Source of the DNA: Acutalibacteraceae bacterium
GTDB taxonomy: Bacteria; Bacillota; Clostridia; Oscillospirales; Acutalibacteraceae
Assembly (NCBI GenBank): GCA_045630885.1
Contig: JAZQTQ010000034.1
Span: 18,606-82,605 of the forward strand
Length of the DNA: 64,000 nucleotides
Direction of reading: 5' to 3'
Part shown: positions 18,043-26,891 of the stretch, piece after piece
How the letters are laid out: each line of letters opens with the position of its first letter
Numbering within the stretch: the first letter of the stretch is position 1
Notes under the pieces: model-generated
What the model was told of the DNA's origin: nothing
Databases searched by the model: none
The model's input: only the letters and a program-made list of their open reading frames with translations
Program-made: the position numbers and the translations under genes

Positions 18043-19464
18043 TCATATATACAAGCCTGCTTCTCTTAACTTCTTTTGAAGAATCGATACATCTATTTCA
18101 CAGGCATTTTTATTAGTATCCTTTGCTATTGCAGATGCAGTTCCAACTGCCTGACCTGTCATAACGCAGGTTCCTTGAATACGAGTGCTTGAATGTGCGA
18201 TATGGTCGGAGGAAATACATCTTCCGCAAGCGAGAAGATTGGAAATATCCTTAGAAGCAACAGCTCCAAAAGGAATATCATAACAATCTCCTTTTATGCT
18301 ACCTCCGATGGCTCTCGCCTTTCCTGTCGGATCGTGAATATCAATTATGTATGAGCCACGAGCAATAACGTCGGGGAATTCTTTACAGTTTATTGCATCA
18401 ATTCCGCGAAGAATTGTTTTTCCAACCAATCTTCTTGTTTCTCTAACTCCAAGAGTGAAACCGGACTGTAAATAATAAGCATTTTCGAATCCGGGAATAA
18501 ATGTTTTGAGAAAATCAACAAGAGCAATAATTTGCTTTTGCGCAAGCAATTCTCCCCTATTGAGATCTTCTGAATCCGAACCGTTTATATTAACGACTCT
18601 CGACATATTTATAACCGCAACGCCTTCTCTGTTTGAACGAGTTACCAAAACTCTGCCTTGAGGCATAGGAATGGCATCTCCTGTTATTTCAAATCCACAA
18701 GTACCGGCAAATTTCCAATCCATAAAGCGTTCTTTGGTTATTCCCAAATCGCCGAATTTGAGGTCTTTGTTATTTAGCGTATATGCTTTATCAACGTCAA
18801 CACCGCCCATTAGGAAGAAAATCGAAACAGGTTGCATCATTCCCTCGTGTCCATAACCCTCAAACTTATTCTCGCTGAAATGCGATTTATTAAGGCCACT
18901 TTCAACCAGAGCGTCAAAATCTCCCGCTGCGCTTCCTAATGCATATTCCGCACCTGACAATGCCACCAAATCAGCATCGCCGCTAGCATCAATAAAGGTT
19001 TTGGCAACTATTTTTGTTAATCCCGATTTATCGCAAGCAACACATGATTTTATTTCGTTATTTTCAGTTTCAACCGAAATCAAGGTTGAGTGAAAACGAA
19101 TTTCAACACCTGCTTTGTCAAGCAAATCAATCAGAACGTATTTTAAAATATGGGGTGATGCAATATCAGATATCTTGCCTTTTGCTCCGCAAGAGCAATA
19201 TTCTTTGCTTAAATTTATTGTTTCATCACATATTTCATCAACAAGTCCGCCAAAACGTTTACCCGAAACCGTTGTAACAGCATCTAACGGGGTTACGAGT
19301 CCTAACGTTGCTTGACCGCCAAGAACTCCACTTGATTCGATTAAAACTGTTTTACAACCATTTCTTGAAGCCGCAATCGCTGCAGAACAGCCCGCTAAAC
19401 CTCCGCCTATAACAACTGTATCACAAAAAATTTCTTTATTAATATTTAAAACAACATTGTTCAT
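18043..19464 (-). CDS. FAD-dependent oxidoreductase (FAD_oxidored/PF12831-like)
   Basis: 473 aa. N-terminal dinucleotide-binding motif DTVVIGGGLAGCSAAIAASRNGCKTVLIESSGVLGGQAT. Confidence 0.8.
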   Translation of the reverse strand: MNNVVLNINKEIFCDTVVIGGGLAGCSAAIAASRNGCKTVLIESSGVLGGQATLGLVTPLDAVTTVSGKRFGGLVDEICDETINLSKEYCSCGAKGKISDIASPHILKYVLIDLLDKAGVEIRFHSTLISVETENNEIKSCVACDKSGLTKIVAKTFIDASGDADLVALSGAEYALGSAAGDFDALVESGLNKSHFSENKFEGYGHEGMMQPVSIFFLMGGVDVDKAYTLNNKDLKFGDLGITKERFMDWKFAGTCGFEITGDAIPMPQGRVLVTRSNREGVAVINMSRVVNINGSDSEDLNRGELLAQKQIIALVDFLKTFIPGFENAYYLQSGFTLGVRETRRLVGKTILRGIDAINCKEFPDVIARGSYIIDIHDPTGKARAIGGSIKGDCYDIPFGAVASKDISNLLACGRCISSDHIAHSSTRIQGTCVMTGQAVGTASAIAKDTNKNACEIDVSILQKKLREAGLYI

Positions 19465-19479
19465 AATAACAATCCTTTC

Positions 19480-20271
19480 CTACCATTTCGCTGAACAGTT
19501 AAAGAAGTCCGTTCCAATGAAGCCAACTTGAGCAAAGTCTTCGGGATTTGCCCTGATAATATAATCAATATAAGACATAATAACCTTTGCCATAAATTTA
19601 TATCCCATCGGATTCATATGTCCGCCGAGGAAGAATGCCTTTCTGAATTCAGGAGAATCATAATCAGTTCCATATTTGCAAAGGTCCAGAACATAAGTGT
19701 AGTCAAACAAATTTGCTAATTCCTTCAAAAGCTTTGTATGCTCGGCAATTATTGTTTGATCTCTGCCTTTCGGGAATCCAACGAGAAAAAACTTAGCTTT
19801 AGGCTGAATTTCCTTATATCTTTGAATAATTTTTCCATAGTTTCCGGCAAAGGTATCTTTATTATTGTTATAGTCATTGAGATCAATGTCATCAATCGAA
19901 CCTATCGGTTTTTTTCGATTACATAGGTCATTAACTCCCAGCGCTATTATATAAGCCTGCGCCTTTAATTCCGGATTCCAAAAGTCTTTACTTTCCGCGA
20001 AAGATTCGCAGTATTCACGGGCAGTCATACCGCCTCTTGAAAAATTATAGACTTTGCTGCCTGTCTCTCTGGCAAGAAATTGACCCCATGAATATTCAAA
20101 ATAATCATGGTAACCCTTCTCGCCATTTTCGTTGAGCGATTCAAATTCACCCGAAGATAAACTATCTCCAACGCAAGCTATCGTTCTAAAAATCGAACAA
20201 AAACCTCCATCGGAAACTATATTATCAAGCGGATTTTCGCCCTCATTAATAAAAAAACGAGATATATCCAT
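19480..20271 (-). CDS. SGNH/GDSL-family hydrolase (esterase)
   Basis: 263 aa. Has block I ACVGDSLSSGE, a GGMT block and GVNDL. No signal peptide is apparent. Confidence 0.8.
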   Translation of the reverse strand: MDISRFFINEGENPLDNIVSDGGFCSIFRTIACVGDSLSSGEFESLNENGEKGYHDYFEYSWGQFLARETGSKVYNFSRGGMTAREYCESFAESKDFWNPELKAQAYIIALGVNDLCNRKKPIGSIDDIDLNDYNNNKDTFAGNYGKIIQRYKEIQPKAKFFLVGFPKGRDQTIIAEHTKLLKELANLFDYTYVLDLCKYGTDYDSPEFRKAFFLGGHMNPMGYKFMAKVIMSYIDYIIRANPEDFAQVGFIGTDFFNCSAKW

Positions 20272-20331
20272 TTTTTACACCTTCTAAAAACACCGCAGAC
20301 ACATTGAAAAGTGTCTGCGGTTAAAATGATA

Positions 20332-22776
20332 TTAAGCGCCTAAGGTTACTTCAACCTTATAAACATTACCGGAGGTTTCGGGGTTGAGAACATTGCCTTC
20401 AACCTCTTTACCGTTAACGATCATCTTAGAAACGCCGCAACAAACCTTATTGGGGTTCTTAACAGAAATTTCAAAGGTATTTCCACGGAATTTACGAACG
20501 ATAGTGAAGTCTTCCATATTGTGGTCTACGCAAGGATCAATAATCAAACCGCTATAATCCGGACGAATGCCGAGAATGAATTGAGAAATAGCAACAAAGT
20601 TCCAAGCTGCAGTACCCGTTAAGAAAGAGTTCTTAGCCTCGCCGGGCTTCTTAGCATAAGCAGGCTTACCACCAACCATCTGAGCATATACGTATGGCTC
20701 AAGACGATGAACTTCACTGAATTCCTCAACATATCCGGGAGCAATTCTTTTATACATTTCAAATGCTTTATCGCCGCGACGTGCTATTGTTTCTGCGCAC
20801 ATAAGCCAAGGATTGTTATGGCAGAATACACCGCCGTTTTCTTTATAACCGGGGATAAATGAACCAATTTCACCGATTTCAGGATTAAAGGTGCTATAAG
20901 GAGGATCAAGAACAACAAATCCATAAGGAGTTGCAAGACGCTCCCAACAGCTATCAAGGGATTTTATATTCATTCCTTGATCCTTGCCGATTTCTGCCAT
21001 TGAGCACCAGCCCTGTGATTCGATAAAGATTTTTCCGTCATCACATTTTGAAGAACCAATAGGTCTGCTAAAATGATCGTATGCACGCAAGAACCATTCG
21101 CCGTCCCAACCATCTTTGATGATTGCTTTTTCCATAGCTTCAATATGTCCCTTTGCTGCTTCTGCTTCATCAAGCTTTCCGATTAAGCGGCAAATCTTTT
21201 CGAAATCTCTACCATAATAAACAAACTGACCTGCAATCATAAGACTTTCTGCAGTTTTGCAATCGGTTTTCTCTGTTCTCTGGAAGCTCTCGCCAACAGT
21301 ATTAGACATACAGTTAAGGTTGAGGCAATCGTTCCAGTCAGCTCTTCCGATAAGCGGTAGATCATGTGGTCCTTTGTTATTAACAACGTGATAGAAAGCG
21401 CGTTTTAAGTGGTCGAACATTGTATCAGCAAGTTCTTCTTTATTCTCATAAGGAACCATTTCTTCAAGAAGTCCGAAATCTCCTGTTTCCTTAATGTACG
21501 CTGCGACGGAAGCAATAAGCCACATTGGGTCATCGCCAAAGTTGCCGCCGATTTCGTCATTACCCTTCTTGGTTAAAGGCTGATACTGATGATATGCTCC
21601 ACCGTCAACAAGCTGAGTTGATGCAAGGTCTATAACTCTTTGACGAGCACGTTCCGGAGCCAAATGAACGAAACCGAGAACGTCTTGGTTACTATCTCTG
21701 AAGCCCATACCTCTGCCTATTCCACTTTCAAAATATGAAGCGCTTCTGGACATATTAAAGGTGATCATTGTTTGATACTGATTCCAGATGTTAACCGTTC
21801 TATCCAATTTCTCGTCGGCACTCTTAATTGTGAATATGCTAAGGAGTTCATCCCAATATGCCTTAAGCTCTTCGAGAGCTTTATCAGCCTTTTCAGATGT
21901 ATTGAATTGCTCCATCATTGGATACGCATTTTCTTTATTGATTACGTTAAGAGCCGTCCATTTTTTATCCTGCTCATTTTCAACATAGCCAAGAATGAAA
22001 ACAAATTCTTTTGTTTCGCCGGGTTCTAATTCAACGTTTAAGCAATGAGAACCGATTGGAGCCCAACCGACTGCAATAGAATTTGTAGGAGCGGTTTCGC
22101 AAACGGTTACGGGGTGGTCAAAGCCATTATAGATACCTAAGAAATCCTCACGGTCGGTATCAAATCCACAAATATCAGCATTAACGCTATAGAAAGCAAA
22201 ATGATTTCTACGCTCGCGATATTCTGTTTTGTGATAAACAACGTTACCTTCAACCTCAACTTCACCAACAGAGAGGTTTCTCTGAAAGTTTGTTTGATCA
22301 TCAAGGCCGTCCCAAAGAGCGAACTCGATGAAAGAATGAAGTTTTAATTCCTTCTTAGCGTTGGTGTTGTTTGTTAAAGCAACCTTCTGAACCTCTCCGG
22401 CATAGTTTAGAGGAACAAAGAAGGTGCATTCAGCGGTAACACCATCTTTTTCGCCATGCACGACAGTATAACCCATACCATGACGACATTCATATTTATC
22501 AAGAGGAGTTCTCATAGGTCTGAAGCCAGGGCTCCAAACAGTATCTCCGTCTTTTATGTAGAAATATCTTCCGCCATCGTCCATAGGAACGTTATTATAA
22601 CGGAATCTGGTGATTCTGCGAAGTCTTGCATCACGATAGAAACTATATCCACCGCAAGTATTGGAAATCATCGAGAAAAATGACTCGTTTCCAAGATAGT
22701 TAATCCAAGGATAGGGCGTGTTAGGTGTTTCAATAACATACTCTTTCCTCGCATCATCAAAATGACCGAATTTCAT
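20332..22776 (-). CDS. GH94 glycoside phosphorylase (cellobiose / chitobiose phosphorylase family)
   Basis: [64 protein letters not shown] is the typical cellobiose-phosphorylase N-terminus, and the ~814-aa size fits. The start is set at the second ATG (GGAGG 9 nt upstream). Confidence 0.9.
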   Translation of the reverse strand: MKFGHFDDARKEYVIETPNTPYPWINYLGNESFFSMISNTCGGYSFYRDARLRRITRFRYNNVPMDDGGRYFYIKDGDTVWSPGFRPMRTPLDKYECRHGMGYTVVHGEKDGVTAECTFFVPLNYAGEVQKVALTNNTNAKKELKLHSFIEFALWDGLDDQTNFQRNLSVGEVEVEGNVVYHKTEYRERRNHFAFYSVNADICGFDTDREDFLGIYNGFDHPVTVCETAPTNSIAVGWAPIGSHCLNVELEPGETKEFVFILGYVENEQDKKWTALNVINKENAYPMMEQFNTSEKADKALEELKAYWDELLSIFTIKSADEKLDRTVNIWNQYQTMITFNMSRSASYFESGIGRGMGFRDSNQDVLGFVHLAPERARQRVIDLASTQLVDGGAYHQYQPLTKKGNDEIGGNFGDDPMWLIASVAAYIKETGDFGLLEEMVPYENKEELADTMFDHLKRAFYHVVNNKGPHDLPLIGRADWNDCLNLNCMSNTVGESFQRTEKTDCKTAESLMIAGQFVYYGRDFEKICRLIGKLDEAEAAKGHIEAMEKAIIKDGWDGEWFLRAYDHFSRPIGSSKCDDGKIFIESQGWCSMAEIGKDQGMNIKSLDSCWERLATPYGFVVLDPPYSTFNPEIGEIGSFIPGYKENGGVFCHNNPWLMCAETIARRGDKAFEMYKRIAPGYVEEFSEVHRLEPYVYAQMVGGKPAYAKKPGEAKNSFLTGTAAWNFVAISQFILGIRPDYSGLIIDPCVDHNMEDFTIVRKFRGNTFEISVKNPNKVCCGVSKMIVNGKEVEGNVLNPETSGNVYKVEVTLGA

Positions 22777-22858
22777 AAACATTAACCTCCATTTTGCCGT
22801 TGAAACAGCATTTTATTTAATAATATCATAACATCGCAAAAAATACAATAAATAATTT

Positions 22859-22888
22859 GCATATTTTTTTGTTTTTTTGACAAAAATT
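22859..22888 (+). promoter_or_regulatory. Candidate forespore (SigF/SigG-type) promoter upstream of the recombinase module
   Basis: GCATA (22859-22863), 15-nt T-rich spacer, GACAAAAATT (22879-22888). Compared with my recalled SigF consensus GCATR-N15-GGNNANAHTR there are 2 mismatches in the -10. Pattern match only. Confidence 0.3.
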
Positions 22889-22911
22889 ATTCGCAAGGAC
22901 GGTGAAAAAGT

Positions 22912-23058
22912 ATGGTTATAAAAAACATTGATACAAATGGAAACACAGTCGACTTTAAGAAAATAGAAAATTTGGTTTTATCAAACAAGATTTGCAATCA
23001 GATCCTATCAAATACTCTTGAAAATATTTCGGAGGATTATGAAAATGAAAAAGGATAA
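22912..23058 (+). CDS. Hypothetical 48-aa ORF overlapping the recombinase start (candidate accessory/directionality factor)
   Basis: The ATG at 22912 is preceded by GGTGAAAAAG. Translation is MVIKNIDTNGNTVDFKKIENLVLSNKICNQILSNTLENISEDYENEKG. The stop at 23056-23058 overlaps the recombinase start region in another frame. No homology is recognised. Confidence 0.3.
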   Translation: MVIKNIDTNGNTVDFKKIENLVLSNKICNQILSNTLENISEDYENEKG

Positions 23059-24406
23059 AATAACTGCGCTTTACGTTAGGGTTTCAACAGATGCTCAAGC
23101 AGAAGAAGGATATTCGATTGATGCTCAAAAGGAAATGCTTTTAGGATACTGCAAATCCAAACAAATAGAAAACTACGAGTTTTTTATAGATGGTGGGTTT
23201 TCGGGGAGCAATATAGAGCGTCCCGAAATGTCAAGACTTATTGAAAAAATCAAAAGCAAAGAAATAAAATCTGTTGTTGTTTACAAGCTCGACAGACTAT
23301 CAAGAAGCCAAAAAGATACCCTTTTTCTAATCGAAGACGTATTAAATCCCAACCAAACAGAATTTGTTTCGCTCAACGAAAATTTAGACACCTCAACCTC
23401 TATAGGCAGAGCGATGCTCGGCATTATGTCCGCCTTTGCTCAACTTGAAAGAGAAACAATTAAGGAACGAACCCGAATCGGAATGAAAAAGAGGGTTGAA
23501 GCCGGTTTTTGGATGGGCGGAGGCAAAGTTCCTTTTGGCTTTGATTACGATAAAACAAGTGGAAAACTCATAAAAAATCAAGATTCAAACGTCGTTAAAA
23601 AGATATATGAAATGTATATTGACGGCCATTCTGCTAATTATATCGCCTCGGCGTTAGGCTTTAAATATGACCAGCAAATCATTCAGATTATTAAAAGAAA
23701 ATCTAATTACGGCTCTATTATGTATAACGGAAAAGAATATGAAAACTGCCACGAAGGAATTATAGATAAAAGCCTTTATTTGCAAGCAATGACGGAAATG
23801 AAAAGGCGGTCTAAACAAAAAGTTCCAACATCAAAATACCTATTAACAGGTCTTTTGGAATGTGGCGAATGCAAAGCTAAATTAAGATATCAAAAATGGG
23901 GCAAATATTCAACAAAAATAGTTTGTTATTCCAGAGAAAAATCAAAAAAATATTTGATTAAAGATGAAAATTGTTCGCTTCCGATTTTTGATTCTGAAAT
24001 TATCGAAAACTATGTATTACAAGAAATTTTTAAAATCAAAACAAATTCGATTAAGCCCAATAGCGAGGATAAAATAAATGTTATTAAAGAGCTTAAAGAA
24101 AGAAAAAGACAATTTGAAAATGAACTTAAAAGACTATATTCCCTATTCTCAAAAAGTGATGATGATATACTAATCGAAGCCATTGAAGAAGCTAAAGAAC
24201 GATTGCAGAACATCAAAAAACTGATACAGTCCGAAGAAGAAAAAGGTGTTGTAAGCAAAGAAAAAAAGTTAATATTCGATAAACTTGACAACATAAAATC
24301 GATATGGAAATACATCTCAATACACGAGCAACAACAATTCATAAGAAGCATTATTGAAAAGATTGTAGTTTCAAAAACAAGTATTGAGATTGTTTATAGG
24401 CTATGA
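23031..24406 (+). CDS. Large serine recombinase (SpoIVCA / phage serine-integrase family)
   Basis: Has the N-terminal resolvase catalytic domain (ITALYVRVSTDAQ, YKLDRLSRS, ERETIKERT), a recombinase domain, a zinc-ribbon (CGECKAKL...C) and a long coiled-coil tail. The start is ATG 23031 or 23037 (GGAGGA at 23023-23028). The track TTG at 23018 is less likely. The stop at 24404-24406 abuts the right att arm. Confidence 0.9.
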
Positions 24407-24714
24407 TTTCGACAAATAATATTCATCGGCACGGCATAGGTTGAAAAACGCACGTTTTGAGATATATCAAAATTATCTATCGCTTTTATAAGTCCAATGC
24501 AACCAACCTGGAACAGATCGTCCGGATTTTCTCCCCTGCCTACGAATCTTTGAATTACACTTAGAATCAACCTTAGATTGCCGTTTATAAGTTCCTCCCT
24601 TGCTTTCATATCACCTTCTTTTACTCTTTTTAAAAGTTCCTCTTTTTGCGATTCTTTTAAAACAGGTAATCCTGCCGTATTGACTCCGCAGATTTCAACT
24701 TTGTTATACTGCAT
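24394..24714 (-). CDS. sigG: sigG 5' segment (regions 1.2-2.3 of SigG); native coding ends in the att core at ~24424, followed by 9 element-encoded codons
   Basis: MQYNKVEICGVNTAGLPVLKESQ...GNLRLILSVIQRFVGRGENPDDLFQVGCIGLIKAIDNFDISQNVRFSTYAVPM carries the SigG-specific NKVEICGV-T--LPVLK N-terminus. GGGAGG RBS upstream. After AVPM the frame reads NIICRNHSL-stop from element DNA. Confidence 0.9.
   Translation of the reverse strand: MQYNKVEICGVNTAGLPVLKESQKEELLKRVKEGDMKAREELINGNLRLILSVIQRFVGRGENPDDLFQVGCIGLIKAIDNFDISQNVRFSTYAVPMNIICRNHSL
24407..24432. repeat. attR: element-side arm TTTCGACAAATAATATTC plus 10-bp core TCATCGGCAC
   Basis: Partner of 17744-17771. The arm and core overlap by 2 nt. 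Confidence 0.8.
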
Positions 24715-24738
24715 TTTTTATTCCTCCCTTTATATTCT

Positions 24739-24768
24739 CATTATTACCTTTTAAAACTTTTGGAATAC
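24739..24768 (-). promoter_or_regulatory. Candidate SigF-type forespore promoter of sigG
   Basis: On the minus strand: GTATT (24764-24768), 15-nt spacer CCAAAAGTTTTAAAA, GGTAATAATG (24739-24748). The -10 fits my recalled consensus GGNNANAHTR at every specified position. It ends ~24 nt upstream of the ATG. Confidence 0.45.
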
Positions 24769-24842
24769 AAAAAACAGGAATATATATTTTTTATTCTTCG
24801 ACAAAAAATGCTTGACAAATGAAATTATTTTTATTAACAAAA

Positions 24843-24868
24843 AAACCACACAAAAAATGTGTGGCTTT
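24843..24868 (-). terminator. Terminator between licD-like gene and sigG
   Basis: On the minus strand: GCCACACA-TTTTT-TGTGTGG followed by a T-run. It isolates sigG from the upstream envelope operon. Confidence 0.6.
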
Positions 24869-24873
24869 TTTCG

Positions 24874-25713
24874 TTATTTTATCAGCTTATATATTTTAAA
24901 CGTGTGATGAGCAACTCTTTTTTCTTCGGGCGGAAGCTTCATATAATCACCATATAACTGTTTCAGATATGCGTCATAGTTCTTAACCGCCGGAAGCTTT
25001 AATCCTTCAAATTCAATTTCTTCCAAATCAAGATAGTCAGATTTTGGGAATTTTTCTTTATAAGTATACACTGCGCAGATAAGCGAAAGGCTATCGGCTT
25101 CGTCGAAACTGATTTTAGAAACTGCGTCCATATACCATTTATATATTCTTTTTGCACCCAGAATCTTACAAATTATAATCGGCAAAGGTTTTATAATAAA
25201 TGCTCTTAAAAAGCCGTCTCCTTTAAATAAGGCAGAATTAGAAAATATAAACATCTGGCGGAGAATTTTTATCTTTTTTGCGAGTTTATTATATTCTTCT
25301 TCGCTTGAAGGAACCGCTTCTATCGGGAAAAGGTCGATTCCGAAATATCCGCAAGTTTTCTCGCTATAATAAGCATCAACACTGACATAATCCATATTAC
25401 AAATTCTTCCGTAAAGCCTCGAATGATACGGCAAGTTTTCTCTTGAAAAGAATCTGCAACTTTCAGGCATTTCATCAGCAAGCTTTATGAGTTTATCATA
25501 ATCTGGGCGAAACATCGAAATATCAACGTCATCGTCCCAAGGAATAAAACCTTTATGACGAACAGCGCCAAGCAAAGTTCCTTGAGTTAAGCAATATCTG
25601 AGATTATGCTGTTTACAGAAAGAATCAAACTCTTTTAAAAGTTCAATTTCAATCGCCTTAATTTCCTTCATATCGGTAATTTCGGCGCCTCTCTTAATTT
25701 CGCAAATTCTCAT
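24874..25713 (-). CDS. LicD-family phosphotransferase
   Basis: LTQGTLLGAVRHKGFIPWDDDVDISM is the LicD/FKTN nucleotidyltransferase-fold motif. The start is set at the ATG at 25713, which forms an ATGA overlap with the upstream gene's stop. The track ORF starts 12 codons earlier. Confidence 0.85.
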   Translation of the reverse strand: MRICEIKRGAEITDMKEIKAIEIELLKEFDSFCKQHNLRYCLTQGTLLGAVRHKGFIPWDDDVDISMFRPDYDKLIKLADEMPESCRFFSRENLPYHSRLYGRICNMDYVSVDAYYSEKTCGYFGIDLFPIEAVPSSEEEYNKLAKKIKILRQMFIFSNSALFKGDGFLRAFIIKPLPIIICKILGAKRIYKWYMDAVSKISFDEADSLSLICAVYTYKEKFPKSDYLDLEEIEFEGLKLPAVKNYDAYLKQLYGDYMKLPPEEKRVAHHTFKIYKLIK

Positions 25714-26888
25714 TTTTCTATCCCCACAAATTTTATAATTCTTTCGCAACTCTTGTCGTCTTTATAGAAATTAACCTTTTCATTTATGTCGGATCTTTCT
25801 GCTTGATATTCGTCTATACCATTTACTGTGTCCTCAATAAATTTATAGAAATCATCGGCGTTCTTCATCTTAGCGCCGGGCATATAATCAAGCGGGTTTT
25901 CAAAAACAAAGCCCCTGTTTCCCGAATAAGAATCGATATCATCGATCGTGAATGCCATAGGTTTATCAAGAAGCAGATAATCGAAGAACACAGAAGAATA
26001 GTCGGTTATCAAAGCATCGGTTTGCTTTAACAGAGAATAGAAATGAATGCCTTTATCTTCCAGCTGAGGATTTGTTAAACAAAGAATATTTGAATGACTT
26101 GAATAATTAAACTTCTCCATATTTTGCGCATGATGAAGTTTTAGTATTAGTAAAGATTCGTTTTCTTTTAGTTTTTGATTAAGCGCCTCAACGTCTGAAA
26201 TTGTTGCAAAAATCGGAAGACCGCTTTCGGTTAAAAACTCCCAATCCGTATCTCTTTGAACCTCGTTAAATGAAAAACGATAGGTTGGCATCCAAACGAA
26301 TATTTTCTTATAAGATTCAGGGTCGATATCAAGTTTTGCAAGCTCATCGACGTTATCGAAAAGATAGTCATTTCTCGGATGACCATTAATAATAACCCTT
26401 TCAAGTTCACATCCGAAGCTCTCGGCAAAAATCGGGCGATAAAGCTCCGACGTTGCTGTGATATAAGTGAAAAAATCGTATTTATAATCAGGGTCGATTG
26501 TTTTGTTGATTTTTTTGAAGGTTGTAGCGTGCCAAAAATCAACCGATTTTTGTTTCTTTGTTGGCATTATTGCAAGCATTTCATTATGATAGAAAATATA
26601 TTTGCAACGCATTATGCTCCAAATTGACCAAAAAACACTTATAAATTTAACGTTTTTATATCCCAATTCTTTATAATCATCGGGATTCTTAAGAGCGCAA
26701 ATAATTTTATACTTTTCATTATACCCGTTATCGATAAAATGCTTGAAAAGCGCTTCACTATTATCATATAAATTAGTTGTTGAGAAGAACAAAATGGACC
26801 TATCGTTTTTCGGAATAAACTTATTTACAAAAGAAAGTATTCCACAAAGCCCAAAATAAATTTTTCTCTTTGCTTTTCCCTGTATCAT
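25710..26888 (-). CDS. CDP-glycerol glycerophosphotransferase (TagB/TagF family)
   Basis: 392 aa. WMPTYR, HHAQ and LITDYSSVFFDYLLLDKPM are typical TagB/TagF motifs. Confidence 0.85.
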   Translation of the reverse strand: MIQGKAKRKIYFGLCGILSFVNKFIPKNDRSILFFSTTNLYDNSEALFKHFIDNGYNEKYKIICALKNPDDYKELGYKNVKFISVFWSIWSIMRCKYIFYHNEMLAIMPTKKQKSVDFWHATTFKKINKTIDPDYKYDFFTYITATSELYRPIFAESFGCELERVIINGHPRNDYLFDNVDELAKLDIDPESYKKIFVWMPTYRFSFNEVQRDTDWEFLTESGLPIFATISDVEALNQKLKENESLLILKLHHAQNMEKFNYSSHSNILCLTNPQLEDKGIHFYSLLKQTDALITDYSSVFFDYLLLDKPMAFTIDDIDSYSGNRGFVFENPLDYMPGAKMKNADDFYKFIEDTVNGIDEYQAERSDINEKVNFYKDDKSCERIIKFVGIEK

Positions 26889-26891
26889 CCT

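Larger units (their letters stand above)
17744..24432. mobile_element. 6.68-kb skin-like intervening element inserted in sigG (serine-recombinase excisable element with carbohydrate-utilisation cargo)
   Basis: The direct repeat TCATCGGCAC occurs at 17744-17753 and 24423-24432, 6,679 bp apart. 18-bp inverted arms lie just inside each end. A large serine recombinase gene ends 1 nt before the right arm. Deleting one repeat plus the intervening DNA fuses the two sigG segments in frame. Confidence 0.85.

Noticed and set aside
17754-24422. The intervening element as a prophage, ICE or IS/transposon.
   Set aside because: I saw no capsid, tail, terminase, lysis, relaxase, T4SS or DDE-transposase genes. 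The ends have serine-recombinase att architecture rather than transposon terminal inverted repeats with target-site duplication. At 6.7 kb it is too small for a functional phage.
17265-24714. Reading the two sigma-like ORFs (162 aa and 106 aa) as independent small sigma-domain proteins or as two decayed pseudogenes.
   Set aside because: They are exactly complementary halves of one SigG and share a 10-bp repeat at the break. They join in frame with no loss or gain of residues. The 5' half retains its promoter and RBS, while the 3' half has neither. This is the pattern of an excisable interruption.
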